From an uncultured Acidimicrobiia bacterium (GTDB taxonomy: Bacteria; Actinomycetota; Acidimicrobiia; IMCC26256; JAENVU01): a stretch of DNA of 64,000 nt. Where the stretch lies: the NCBI GenBank assembly GCA_963796755.1, contig CAWCMX010000001.1, forward strand, positions 1,491,995 to 1,555,994. Reading direction: 5' to 3'. The notes beneath the pieces are model-generated. The model had not been told where the DNA came from and searched no databases. It saw only the letters and a program-made list of their open reading frames with translations. The stretch's first letter is position 1; each line of letters begins with the position of its first letter. The translations under genes were made by a program, and so were the position numbers. Positions 29,700 through 41,171 of the stretch are shown here, in pieces.

Positions 29700-32593
29700 T
29701 CAGTCGACGTCGGGCACGAAGATGTCGAACGTGACCTCGTCGGCCGGCATCGGCTTGGCGAAGTAGTAGCCCTGGTAGGTGTCGCAGCCGAGTCCGTGCA
29801 GCGCCTTGAGCTGGTCGATCGTCTCGACGCCCTCCGCGATGACGGAGAGGTGCAGCGACTGGGTCAGGCCCACCACGGCCCGCACGATCGCCTCGCTCTC
29901 GGCGTCACGGCCGAGGCCGTCGACGAAGGAGCGGTCGATCTTCAGCGTGTCGACCGGGAAGCGCTTCAGGTAGGCGAGCGACGAGTAGCCGGTGCCGAAG
30001 TCGTCGATGACGAGGTGCACGCCGAGCTCGCGGATCGCGTTCGAGCGTCCGCGCCGCGCCGGCCGCGTCGTCCATCAGCGTGCTCTCGGTGATCTCGAGC
30101 CACAACGCGTCCGGCTCCAGGCCCGAGCGGGTGAGCGCGGCGGCGATGTTCGCGACGACGTCGGGGTCGCCGAGCTGGCGGCCGGAGAGGTTGACGCTGA
30201 TGTGGAGATCCGCCGCGGCGGGGACCGTGGTCTTCCAGCGCGCGGCCTCGGCGCACGCCTTGTTCAGCACCCAGATGCCGAGCGGCAGGATCAGACCGGA
30301 CTCCTCGGCGATCGGGATGAACTCGTCCGGCGTGATCGGACCGTTCGGGTGCGGCCAGCGGGCGAGCGCCTCGAGCCCGATGATCCCGTCGGTCCCGTAG
30401 CCGACGATCGGCTGGTAGAAGACCGCGAGCTCGTCGTTGTCGAGCGCGAGACGCAGGTCGCGCTCGATCTCGGTACGGCGCTGGGCGCGCTCGCGCAGCG
30501 TGTCGTCGAGCAGCTCGACGCGCGCCCGGCCGCGCTCCTTGGCGGTGTACATCGCGACGTCGGCGTCGCGCAGCATCGCCTCGGGGTCGGCGAGCCCGCT
30601 CTCGACGCACGACACTCCGACGCTGGCGGTGATGACGACGTCGCGCCCGGAGGAGACGGGGATCGGCTGCGCGATGACGTCCGCGATCTCGCAGGCCCGG
30701 CGGCGGGCGGACTCGATGTCGGCGAGGTCGGGGCAGAGGACGACGAACTCGTCGCCGGAGAGCCGGGCCACCGTGTCGATGGAGCGGGTCGTCTGCTGGA
30801 GCCGCCGGGCGACCGCGGTCAGCACCTCGTCGCCGACGAGGTGGCCCTGCGTGTCGTTGACGACCTTGAACCGGTCGAGGTCGATGAAGAGCACACCGAC
30901 CCGCGAACCACCCCGCCGCGCGTGGTCCAGCGTCTGGCGGAGGTTCTCGATGAAGACGGGACGGTTGGCGAGGCCCGTCAGCGCGTCGTGGGTGGCCTGG
31001 TAGTTCAGCTGGCGCTCGGTCCGGCGGCGCTCGGTGACGTCCGAGAACGAGCAGACCATGCCGTACGGGAGGAGGTCGTCGTGGCGCAGCGGTCGTGAGT
31101 TCAGGGAGAGCCAGCGCTGCTCCCGGTCCAGGAGCTCGATGCCGATCAGGACGTTCGTGAACGACTCGCCGGTGCGCAACGTCCGCACGGTCGGGTGCTC
31201 GTCGTCGGTGATGAGGAACCCGTCGGGGTGGCGGGCGTGGAGCTCGTCGCTGAACACGGTGTCGAGGCGCTCGCCGACCATGATCCGCCGGCCCATGATG
31301 CTCTCGGCGGCCCGGTTGGCCGCGGTGATGACGCCCTGGTCGTCGCTGACCACGATGCCCTCCTCGAGGGACGCGACGACCGCGGTGTACCGCTCTTCGA
31401 GGGCCCGCCGCGCGGCTTCGGACCGCCGCCGTTCGGTGATGTCGGCGCAGACGGCGACCGCGCCGGTGACCTGGTGGTCCTGGTCGAGCACGAGTGCCAC
31501 GGAGATCCGCACTTCGAGCAGGGTGCCGTCGGACCGGCGGTGCACCGTCTCGAGGTGCTTCGCCGACTCGAGACCGAGCCGGGAGTCGGCGCCGACGACA
31601 TCGGCGAACTTCTGGCCGATGACCGCGTCCCGGGTCCAGCCGTACATCTCTTCTGCGGCCGGGTTCCAGCTGTCGATCCGGCCGTCGGCGTCGAGTCCGA
31701 TGATCGCGTCGGAGACGTGCTCGACGAGCTTGGCCTGGTAGCGCATCGTCTCTTCGGCCTTGCGGCGCAGCGAGAGGTCGCGCAGGATCACCTGGTACGC
31801 GGGGTCGACCGTCCCACTTGGTGCGCACGCTGAGCGACTCGACGACGATGTTGCTGCCGTCGAGGCGCACGAGGGTCGCTTCGGCCGGCTTGGTCGCCGC
31901 CTCGTTCTCCTTCAGCGACGCGATCCGCTCGAGCGTCTCGAGCAGGGAGTCGGGGTGGATGAACTGGGTCAGCGACTGGCCCAGGTAGTCGTTCATGTCG
32001 TCGACGCCGACGAAGTCGGCCGCGGCCTTGTTCCCCCAGCGGATCAGCCCGTCCTCGTGCACGACGATGCCGTCCGGGCTCAGCTCGAGGAGCAGGCGGT
32101 AGCGGTCGGTCTGCTCCTGGAGCGCCTGCTCGGCCTCGCGGTCGTCCGTGACATCGGCAACGACGCCGACGCAACCGGTGATGGAACCGCCGGCGCCGAA
32201 CACCGGCTGGGCGCGGACGAGCAGCACCCGCTCCTTGCCGTCGCGATCGAGGATGACCCGCTCGAGCTCGTAGTGGTCCCAGGGACCGGCGCCTTCGACG
32301 ACGGTGATCACCGGATCGACGAGCCACGTCGCGAGATCGGTGCACGCCTCGCCACCGGGCAGCTTGAACGTCTCGGGGTCCGCCCCGAGGACCAGCGTCA
32401 GGGAACCCCGCCAGCGGATCGGGTGGACGGCGCGGTTGTGCTCCCACGTCGCCATGCGGGCGGTCGCGAGCGCGAGGTCATGACAGGCGGCCAGCCCACG
32501 AGCCTGCCGCGACGCGATCGACGTGGGCGCGGCACCTTCGCGAGACCGGCGATCCGGTCCTCCGTTGAGTAGATCTTTCGTGAGCCTTCCCAT
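29700..32593 (-). CDS. Multi-PAS diguanylate cyclase/phosphodiesterase (GGDEF + EAL); two apparent frameshifts near 31800 and 30030
   Basis: Several PAS-like repeats are followed by the GGDEF region ([22 protein letters not shown]) and the EAL region ([27 protein letters not shown].. ..[37 protein letters not shown]). Confidence 0.85.
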
Positions 32594-32701
32594 GCTCCCC
32601 CGGCAGGCGTGTGTAGGCCTCCGAGGGAGATATCGACCCGGGAAGGGCCGGGGTTGAGGACGATTCGGGCCCGGAAAACCGCCGAAACCGGACCGATCGG
32701 G

Positions 32702-33878
32702 CTACGCGTCGGCCAGAACGATGGCGGAGTTGTGCCCACCCATGCCGATCGAGGACTTCACGGTGAGCCCGTCCCGGCGCAGCGTGGGCCCGTCGAGCAG
32801 CCGTTCGTGGCCCTTGGCGACCTGCTTCGGCGCGGGGATGATGCCGTTCTCGTAGCCCAGGCAGGATGCCGCCATCTCGACGAGGGATGCGGCGCCCTGG
32901 CAGTGCCCGACGAGCGGCTTCACCGAGAACACCTCGGCGTCGGTCAGGAGGGTGTCGAGCATGTCGGCCTCGGCCGCATCGCACTGCGCGGTCCCCGGGC
33001 CGTGGGCGTTGAGGTACGCGACCTCGCTCGGGAACACCTTCGCGTTGCTCAGGGCCTGCTGGTAGCAGCGCCGGATCTCACGGTGGTCCGGGTTCAGGTG
33101 GGTCGGGTGGTACCCGTCGTGGCTCATCGCGCCGCCGAGCACCCGGGCGTACCCGCCCTCGGCCCGGCCCGAGACCACCATGCCGACCGACGCCTCGCCG
33201 CCGGCGAAGCCCTTCGATCCCTCCTGGAACGGCCGGCAGACCTCGAGCGCCGGGGCTTCGGGGTAGACCACCCCGAGGTTGCGGAAGTGGCGGATGTTCT
33301 CCGGTGTGGCCGAGAGGTCGCTCGCCACCACGATCACGTCGCTGGCCACGCCGGCGTCGATCCACATCTTCGCGGTCAGCATCGCGGCGTTGCCCGAGGC
33401 GCACATCGCGGTGACGTTCATGACCGGCCCGTGGAAGTCGTGGCGCGCCATGAGGAGCGACAGCACGGTCGACGGCATGAGGTGCAGGTACTCGCGGCTC
33501 TTCAAGCGGCGGTTGCGCTCCAGGTAGAAGTCGCTGCCAGAGCTCGACCTCGCCGAGCACGACGGCGTGGACCACACCCACCACCGGACCGGGGCGCCAG
33601 CCGCGATCGAGCGCGTCGTCGATCGCCTCGTCGGCCGCCTCGGAGACCGCCGCGCCGAAGCGGGTCAGCCCGTCGGAACGCTCCACATCGGGGACGATCG
33701 CGCAGTACGCGATGTCGTGGCCCAGCCACTCCTGGTAGCCCGGACGCGGCAGCACCGCGGACTCACTGCTCCGGAGCCCGTCCCAGAGGAGCTTCCTCCC
33801 CCAGCCGTACCCGGTTACCGCGCCGAGACCACAAATCGAGACACCTTGCCTCGTACCGCGGACCGCACCCTCTCCCAA
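32702..33878 (-). CDS. Stand-alone beta-ketoacyl synthase (FabF/KAS-II-like); one apparent frameshift near 33560
   Basis: Active-site Cys context is NVTAMCASGNAAM. His motifs are HDGYHPTH and YLNAHGPGT. The C-terminus reads PLVGHCQGAAS..GMGGHNSAIVL. No ACP or fab genes are adjacent. Confidence 0.8.
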
Positions 33879-34003
33879 CTCTCCGCCCTGGGAATCGTGT
33901 GACCATAGGCGCGTGCACCCACCGAAGGAAAGGGGAGATCCACGGAGCGTGGCGTTGGCAACGGGTTCTTCACGACCGTGTCACGTGGGGTGCCGGGACG
34001 ACC

Positions 34004-34480
34004 TCAGCCGGTGGGGGTGGAGGTGGGTGTCGTAGCGGTCGATCCGAGCGTGACGTTGGTGACGGTCTTCTTCCCGTTGGCGCGCGACACGGTCATCGTG
34101 AGCTGGCCGCCCGGACGGGTGAACACGCACTTCTTGGGGAAGGGCCCCGAAGCCGCCTGGCTGCAGCCGCCGAAGACGAGCCCGGTCCCGTCGCTCGCCT
34201 GGATGGCGAACATCTGGGTGACCGTGGCCGCGTTGGCGTCCTTCGCCGCCGCCGTCCGGTCCCCGGACTGCCAGGCCTTGTACAGGCCCTTCGCGAGCGC
34301 ACCCGGTGGTGGCCCGCTGGGCTTCGTCGAGGAGCTGCTGCCCCGGAGCTTGTAGGCCACGGCGCCGATGATGACGATGAGGATGACGCCCGCCACGATG
34401 ATGATCGGCACGAGGTTCCGCTTCTTGGGCGGTGCAGGTGCTGCTGGAGTTGTCGGAGTTTCGGGAGTCTGAGCTGCCAT
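34004..34480 (-). CDS. Hypothetical membrane-anchored protein
   Basis: Reads MAAQTPETPTTPAAP.., with TM LVPIIIVAGVILIVIIGAVAY and a soluble C-terminal domain. No family recognised. An alternative start is at 34522. Confidence 0.5.
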   Translation of the reverse strand: MAAQTPETPTTPAAPAPPKKRNLVPIIIVAGVILIVIIGAVAYKLRGSSSSTKPSGPPPGALAKGLYKAWQSGDRTAAAKDANAATVTQMFAIQASDGTGLVFGGCSQAASGPFPKKCVFTRPGGQLTMTVSRANGKKTVTNVTLGSTATTPTSTPTG

Positions 34481-34529
34481 GGGTCGAGACACTAGATCCC
34501 GGCCGCGCCCCGGACCAGGCATCCGGTGA

Positions 34530-36601
34530 TCACCCGCTCGATGGGAGGGGCGCCACCGGCACCCCGAAGACCGGAATCGGATCGAGGGCCGGATGCCCGG
34601 GAGGGCCCGAAATCGCGTACATCGTGATGTAGTTCCGGCCCGGGCGGAACAGCTTCGGCGGCACCGAACCGGAGAAGTACCCGACGCCGGCGGAGCCGGC
34701 GAGCGGACTCGCGGTGGCGAGGCCGGCGACGACGCCGTTCACCGCGATGGCCAGCGGCCGGGCTTGATCCAGGTGTTGGACGTACCCGGTCAGGTAGGCC
34801 CAGGGGACGTCAGCCGCGGTCGGGTCGATGGATGAGTACGCGGCGGGGTCTTCGATGTTCACACGCGTCGGCCCGCCCGGTGCGTCCTGGATCAGGCCGG
34901 ACACCTCGGTCCCGACCAACGCGCCGGTACGGGCCGATCCGGTACGGACGCAACGCGGGGTCGCCACCGGAGGGGGCGGCCCGGGCGGCCAGCACCTTGG
35001 CGAAGTTGGGCGCAGCGGGGAAGCTCAGGTAGCCGTTCCCGCGGTGAGTGGGATGCCGCCCGGTCCCCCCCGGTCAGTGTTTCCCACTGGTAGAGGCGAC
35101 GAGTGAACTCCGGGCGGGGCGGACCGAGGGCGGAGACCCCGTCGATCTTCCACGGGATCTTCGCGCCCAGCATCGCCGCGACGGTCGGGACGATGTCGAC
35201 CGACTGCATCGGCCGGTCGTCGACCGCGCCGGTGAGCTGGCCGGGAGCCTTGATGAACAGTGGCGTCCAGAGGATCTGATCCGCGGTCGCGTTCGTTCCC
35301 GCGCGCTTCGGCAGTCCTCCGTCGAAGGCGACACCGTGGTCCGCGGTGACGACGACGAGAGAGTCCTTCCAGACCCCGAGCCGCTTGAGCTTCGCGATGA
35401 CCAGGCCGATGAAGCGGTCCGTTGCCTGGGTCTGCAGGATGTGCCGCTCGTGCGCGTCCACCGTGGACGGTTCATCAGCCCACGTCTCGAGGCTCCGGTA
35501 GTCCGACGGGTTGTTCGGGGTCAGCTCCGTGTCCTGCCACGAGGGGAGGTACCGCCACTGCTCGTGGGGCATCTGGACGTGGAGGAAGTCGAAGGCCGGG
35601 CCCGAGCTCGGCTTCAGCGAGGAGACGAACTTGCGCATGATCGGGAGCTGCGGCGCCGTGAAGGGGTTCTCGAACAGCGGGGTGGTCCGGTGCGGGGACG
35701 CGAAGGTCTCCCAGAGATCCGCGGTCTGGCCGACCAGCCCCCGCGGACCGGCGACAACCGACTCCCCCGCCTCCGGGCTCGGGCACGTCTCGGGGGGGCA
35801 GAGCCGGGTGATGTCCTCGGTGACGTTCATCCGGTAGGTCCCGCCGAGCAGCGTGAAGATGTTGTCCGGGTGGTCCGAGTAGCTCGGAAGGTCGCTCCTG
35901 CCCTTCGGGTACTGACCGGTCATGATCGCCGGCACCGCGTTCACCGTGTACGGGGCCACAGTGGTGTCGTTGCGGTACCACGTCGACGAGCCCGCGAGCG
36001 CGGCGAAGTTCGGGTACAGCCCGGCGTCGACGTGTCCGGTGCCGTCGAGCAGCGTCTCGAGCGGGAACTCGTCCAGCACGATCATCACGACCCGCTTGGG
36101 ATGGTGGATGACGATCTTCCGATCGGACGCCGGCGCGTGGGCGAAGATGACCTTCGTCGCCTGCGACGAGAAGAGGAACAGCACGCCGAAGACCACGGGA
36201 GCGAACGCGAGGTACCGGAGGAACACGCGTGCGTTGGCGACGCGTGCGACCAGCGCCGCGGCCGCGAGGCCGGCGACGACGCCGATGACGATCAGGGCGG
36301 TTCGGCCGAGCTCGGTGCTGTGCTTCGTCACCTCCTCGGCGAGGATGGCCACGAAGAGCCCGACCAGGAGCGTGTGCACCCACCGGCGCGCGCCCGGGAC
36401 GATGAGACCCGCGACGACCTCGATGCACCAGGCCACCGCCGGGGCGGCGAGGAGCACGGTCAGGGTGAGGAGCACCGCCTCGAGCGGCGTGGTGCGGCGG
36501 ACGACGAGCACCTCGCTGTTCTTGGAGAGGACGTCGAGCGCCGGTTGCGCGATGGCCAGCCCGGCGATCGCGAAGAGCTCCAAGAACGCGCGGTACCTCA
36601 C
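34530..36601 (-). CDS. Membrane-bound sulfatase-like hydrolase/transferase (LTA-synthase/phosphoglycerol-transferase-like architecture); two apparent frameshifts near 35040 and 34930
   Basis: Five N-terminal TM segments are followed by an alkaline-phosphatase-superfamily-like domain (VVMIVLDEF..YTVNAVPAIMTG..VVVTADHGV..). Confidence 0.75.
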
Positions 36602-36913
36602 GCGACAGCGGTCCGAACCTTCGAGCTGACGGCGCCGATGGTTCCGATGTCGGCGTTGCGATGCTCATCCGGTCGGCTCGACTCCCCTCACATCCGTGAC
36701 GCGGCGACCGCCCGGGCCCAGCCGGCTCCGGCGACGCGTGCCTCCCAGCTCTTGGGCAGCGATCGAGCGGGCGGGCGAGCGCTCCGCGACGAATTGCTCA
36801 CGCTGCGTGAAGAGAGGATAGGGCGGGCCGCCGTGCCCGAGGGCGCGGCCCGCCGGGAAGGTCGCGCGGCGCTGACGCCCGTGAACCCGAGGAGGTACCG
36901 GCGCGTCGACGAG

Positions 36914-36957
36914 TGGAGCGGGTGACGAGAATCGAACTCGCGTTCTCAGCTTGGGAA
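36914..36957 (-). repeat. att repeat: displaced copy of the tRNA-Gly 3' half, from anticodon loop to CCA
   Basis: TGGAGCGGGTGACGAGAATCGAACTCGCGTTCTCAGCTTGGGAA is identical (44/44) to 42796-42839. The sequences diverge immediately beyond the repeat. Confidence 0.9.
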
Positions 36958-37051
36958 TTTCACCGGACGGGCTCCGGCGAACGCTCGTGAACGGGTTCCG
37001 CAGGTCGATGCCCATCTGCGAATAAGGGCGACCGGTGGCGGCCCTCTGCGG

Positions 37052-37072
37052 CCGCGGGATGTCCGCGGGATG
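37052..37072 (+). repeat. Tandem CCGCGGGATG x2 (11-bp phase); candidate integrase/Xis arm-type sites
   Basis: CCGCGGGATG-T-CCGCGGGATG(GA) lies about 95-115 bp inside the left element end. The 12-mer CCGCGGGATGGA recurs at 42718-42729 near the right end. Confidence 0.55.
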
Positions 37073-37229
37073 GATACGGTCGGGGTGCAGTCCCGACCGC
37101 GTCGCGTCGCCCAGGCCGCGACTCTTCCAGCACCGCGGCCTTTTGGGGTGTCGAACCAGGCCGATGTGGTCGGCGTTCTGTGCGGCCTCGCTCGTGGCGG
37201 CGTGTACCCGTAGCGGGCATTATGCGTGG

Positions 37230-37616
37230 ATGAGTGATCAGCAGAACCGCCTCGTAGCCGTCATCTTGGAGGTCTCGGACCTCGACCGTTCAGTGGACCT
37301 ATACCGGTACGGCTTTGGACTCGACCTTCACGTCAGTGACCATCATGGAGATGACCGCTGGACGAGCGGCCGTCATGGCGCGACCTCTTGGACGGATGGC
37401 GCGTACATCCACTTCGCGCTGTACGCAACGAAGGACGGGACGGCAGCCGAGCGTGCCCAGATCGCATTTTCTGTCCACGATCTGGACGAAGCCCATCGTC
37501 GAGCGACTGAGTCCGGTGCGGAGGTGGTGCACGAACCGAAGGCCCAACCATGGGGAAGGTCCGCTCGGTATCGGGACTTCGACGGCAACATCATCGAGCT
37601 AACACAGCGCACATAG
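37230..37616 (+). CDS. VOC (glyoxalase/bleomycin-resistance/dioxygenase fold) family protein; element cargo
   Basis: Intact 128-aa reading from ATG 37230: LVAVILEVSDLDRSVDLYRYGFGL.. ..IAFSVHDLDEAHRRATESGAEVVHEP..QPWGRSARYRDFDGNIIEL. Confidence 0.75.
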   Translation: MSDQQNRLVAVILEVSDLDRSVDLYRYGFGLDLHVSDHHGDDRWTSGRHGATSWTDGAYIHFALYATKDGTAAERAQIAFSVHDLDEAHRRATESGAEVVHEPKAQPWGRSARYRDFDGNIIELTQRT

Positions 37617-37687
37617 CTTCCGTTCCGTCGCGGCGAACGATCGGACATGCTGTGCGTCCTCGGGACCTGAGCGCGGAGGCTTTCATC

Positions 37688-38251
37688 ATGGACTGGAGCG
37701 CACCGTTCGATTGGCGTGGCTTAACCGGCGACGTAGTGGTTGAGTGCGTCGCCAACGACGACCCAGAGGGGTACGAGACTTGGTCGTCAGCTGCGTACGG
37801 CTTTCCGGTGTGCACTGCGACGGTGAGGTACCCGCGCCGTGGCTACGGCGCGATGTTCGGATGGGTGCAGCTTGTACGTTCGACTGACAACAGTTCACAC
37901 GGAGAGGGGTTCGAACCGGATCCGTTCGCGCTGTTCGGCGACGCGCAGTCGCCGTACTGCTGGTACGGGACAGAGCCGACGCTCTTCGACGCTCCGAGCC
38001 GTCCCACGGCGGAACCGCTGACGTGGCTGGCCTACAGCTTTCTCGCGACGACACCCGTCGATGAGATCCTGAACGGAAGTCCCCGCCGCGTCGTGCCGCT
38101 GCTCGGCTTCGGATGGGGTTTCGAGGTTCGGTCGGATACCGTCGAACTGGGCGCCATCGTGCAATTGGCAGACCGCGATTGGAGGTCGGTTGTTCCGGTT
38201 CTCCGGGCTGCGTATCCCAGTCCCTCCTGGAGCTTCGCCGACTCTCTCTGA
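37688..38251 (+). CDS. Hypothetical protein (187 aa), no family recognised; element cargo
   Basis: Intact ORF from ATG 37688 (MDWSAPFDWRGLTGDVVVECVANDDPEGYETW..), Trp/aromatic-rich, with no TM segment or signal peptide. The local GC drop suggests foreign origin. Confidence 0.6.
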   Translation: MDWSAPFDWRGLTGDVVVECVANDDPEGYETWSSAAYGFPVCTATVRYPRRGYGAMFGWVQLVRSTDNSSHGEGFEPDPFALFGDAQSPYCWYGTEPTLFDAPSRPTAEPLTWLAYSFLATTPVDEILNGSPRRVVPLLGFGWGFEVRSDTVELGAIVQLADRDWRSVVPVLRAAYPSPSWSFADSL

Positions 38252-38319
38252 CCGCCACGTCCCGATCGAGAACGCACAGATCTGCCGATCCGTTTGTTCG
38301 GATCGGGCATCCTGTACTG

Positions 38320-38505
38320 GTGACAGTGGGCCAGCCTGACGAGAAGTCCGACGCGCCGTGCCCAGTATGCGGGCATCCCGAGACCGCGCATACCCATTGG
38401 GCGGCTGACTCGACTTGCGATGGCTGGGCGCACTGCACGGTCGGTACCGAGGCCGCGGGCGACGCCTGTCAATGTTGGCGATCATGGCCGAAGCTGGAGA
38501 GCTGA
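38320..38505 (+). CDS. Possible small Cys/His-rich (zinc-binding-like) protein; element cargo
   Basis: From GTG 38320: VTVGQPDEKSDAPCPVCGHPETAHTHWAADSTCDGWAHCTVGTEAAGDACQCW... The start is uncertain and the call is weakly supported. Confidence 0.3.
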   Translation: MTVGQPDEKSDAPCPVCGHPETAHTHWAADSTCDGWAHCTVGTEAAGDACQCWRSWPKLES

Positions 38506-38623
38506 GCGGAACCGCCGATCGGTTGCAGGACCGCACAGAACTGCCGATAGGGCTGGGTGGTGCAACGCTCGAGGCGCACAAGATGCCGCGCCCATAACTC
38601 GCCCATTGAGCTGCCGGAGCTCG

Positions 38624-41171
38624 TTACCAGCCGAGGTCGATGCCGTCGTCGATCTCGGCGACGTCCTTGCCGGGGACGTCCCGCCGGTCCCGGTCGAGCG
38701 TCGCGGGGAGGGTGATCCGCGTGGGAGCCCTACCGCTGAGCCGGGCGGTCGCGAGTTCTTGGCGTTCGCTACGCCACAGGGCAGCGCGGACGCCGTCGAT
38801 CGGGTCGTCGGGCTCGATCGCACCGTGGTGGTCTACCTCGGGCTCGTCGTCGACGCTGACGTAGAGACGGTTCTCGTAGCGACCGCGCGAGAGCGCGGTG
38901 TAACCGGCTTCGGCGTACAGGTCGTCGGTTCCGAGGACGTACGCGCGGTCGCAGGTCAGGCCTTGGGCCTTGTGCACGGTCATCGCGTACGCGTGGTCGA
39001 TGTGACCGGCCTCGAGATACGCGTCCGGCACCAGTCGCGGCCGGTCTTCGCCGTCGAAACGGACGAGGAACCCGTGCAGCTCGCAGCTGGTGATGGTGCC
39101 GCGCTGCCCGTTGATCAACCCGTGGCGGGAGTCGTTGTGCAGAGTGAGGATCAGATCCCCGACCGCATACGGGCGGTCGAGGACATGGACCGGCCAGTCG
39201 TCCACGACCCCCTCGCTGACGAGGACAGCGCGCGGCGGTGTCGTTGAGTGTGGTGACGTCGCTGCGGTGGAGGGCGAGCATGATTGTGTCTTCCCCCCGG
39301 CGGGTCGCCGTCCTCCAGTCCGCGACGACCTGTTCGACCGCGACCTTCCGGTCGGGGGTCTCGATGATCTGGCCGTGTTCGGCGAGCCGTTCGATCGCCT
39401 CATCAACCTGGCCCGCGCGGAGCTCGGCGAGGGCTTGACGTTCCACCGGATCTTGTTGGCGGCGGTTCTCGACGAGTTCCACCGCGCCTAACCGTTCGGC
39501 GAGGCCGGTGAACAGCCCGCCGGCTTCGATCTCGGGCAACTGGCATGGATCCCCGACCAACACGACTTTGGCGCGTGCTTGGTGGGCGTGGTCGAGGAGC
39601 CGGCCGAGTTTGCGGGTGCCGATCATCGCGGCCTCGTCTGCAACCACGACGGTCCGGCTCGTGAGTCTCGGGATGCCGGGGCTGTCGAGGTCGATCAGGA
39701 GCCGGTCGAGCGTCACCGAGGGGATCTCGGCGTCGTCTTGGAGCTGGCGGGCTGCCCTCGCGGCGAGGGCGCAGCCGATGACGGTGAACCCGGCGTCGTC
39801 CCAGGCTTCTCGTGCGACGCCGAGAGCATGCGTCTTCCCGGAACCCGCAGCGCCGACCACCACGGCGATGGGGGAACCGTCAGCGGTGAGGGTCTCGACC
39901 ATCGCCCGCTGCTCATCGGAGAGCTCCGGATGGGCGAGGAGGGTCGCCTCCGGTTCGGGGACCACACCCCGCTCGTCGTCGCTGTTCTCCTCCGCTTCGG
40001 CCTGGTTGAGGAGCCGGTCTTCGAGCGCCAGCAGATCCGGCGTCGAGTAGCAGACACCGAAGTGACCGACGCCGAGCGGCACGACTCGCTCGCTGGAGAG
40101 CAGCTGATCGGCGTGGGCCTCGAGCTCGGCGACGGTCGCGCCCTGGTGGGCGTGGCCGGCGAGGGTCTGGAGGACGTGCCGCCGATCGAACGTCGAGCGG
40201 TGTTCGGTCAGCTCCGCACAGACCTGGGTGACAGACACCAGGGAAGCCTCGGACAGCTCGCGAGGCACATGCGGTGAACGGGCGAGGTCGGCTTGGAGCA
40301 CGCCGGTCGTGAAGCCGAGCACGTCGGCGCGTTCGACCCAGTCGGCGTGCATCGAGAACGCGTCCACGTCCGGGGTCTTCGCCGGGCGGGTCCGCAACGT
40401 CACCGTGCGCGCCTCCCTCGGTGACGCCTCCGGTCCGAGCTCGGCTTCGATCTGAGCCCGCCGGCGGGAGAACTCGCGCCGCACCTCGAGGGGGACGGCG
40501 GTGAGGTCGCCTGTGCCCTTCACCGTCCGTTCCCATTCGACGGTCAGACGGGCGGTAAGCCCTGCCCGCAGCTCCGCCTGATATTGAAACCCGGCGGTGC
40601 GGGCCTGCCCGTACAGGTGACGGGCATCCAACGCCGACCACCGACCATCCGGACCCTGCGCCGCGTTCGCGACCACCACATGCGTGTGGAGCTGCGGATC
40701 ACCGGCCCGGCTCGTCCGATGCCGGAACGCCGCGCCGACCAGCCCGCCGCCGATGAGGCGTTCCGTGCCGTTGTGCCCACGGCGGACGAACACCGCTTCC
40801 CGCTCGAGATACCCGACCGCGGCGGCGATCGCGTCTTGGTGGGCGGCGACGATCTCCCGCGCCGAGCTCTGGGTCACCCAACGCCCACGCAGACCGACAC
40901 CGACTTCGGCGCCGAGAACGTCAGATCCAACGCAGGCACCCGGCGGTTCGGTCGGCCCAGTGCGCTCCCGTCCAGAGGGTTCACACCGTGGAGCAGCGAG
41001 ACGAACGCGTCGTCGCTCACCAACCCTTAGAGCTCGAGCTCGCGGCACCGGTACCGATCCAGTAGCCGGCGACCTCGCCCGCGCTCGAGGTAGTACTCCT
41101 CGACGCCATGCGCGACCGCATCGAGGTAATACGCCTCCTGGCCTCGCGCGAAGCTTCCCGATCGACAACAC
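38624..41171 (-). CDS. TrwC/MobF-type relaxase fused to a RecD-like helicase; three or more apparent frameshifts
   Basis: The start (GTG 41171) reads VLSIGKL. Then AYYLDAVAHGVEEYYLERG and the relaxase His motif AGDPQLHTHVVVANAAQG. Helicase motifs are Walker A VVVGAAGSGKTHAL, VVVADEAAMIG and VLVGDPCQLPEI, with the C-terminal IDHAYAMTVHKAQGLT. Confidence 0.8.

Noticed and set aside
36914-36957. A partial tRNA-like sequence could be a tRNA pseudogene.
   Set aside because: It is an exact 44-nt copy of the 3' half of the intact tRNA-Gly at 42796-42869 and lacks the 5' half. It is best explained as the att repeat generated by element integration.
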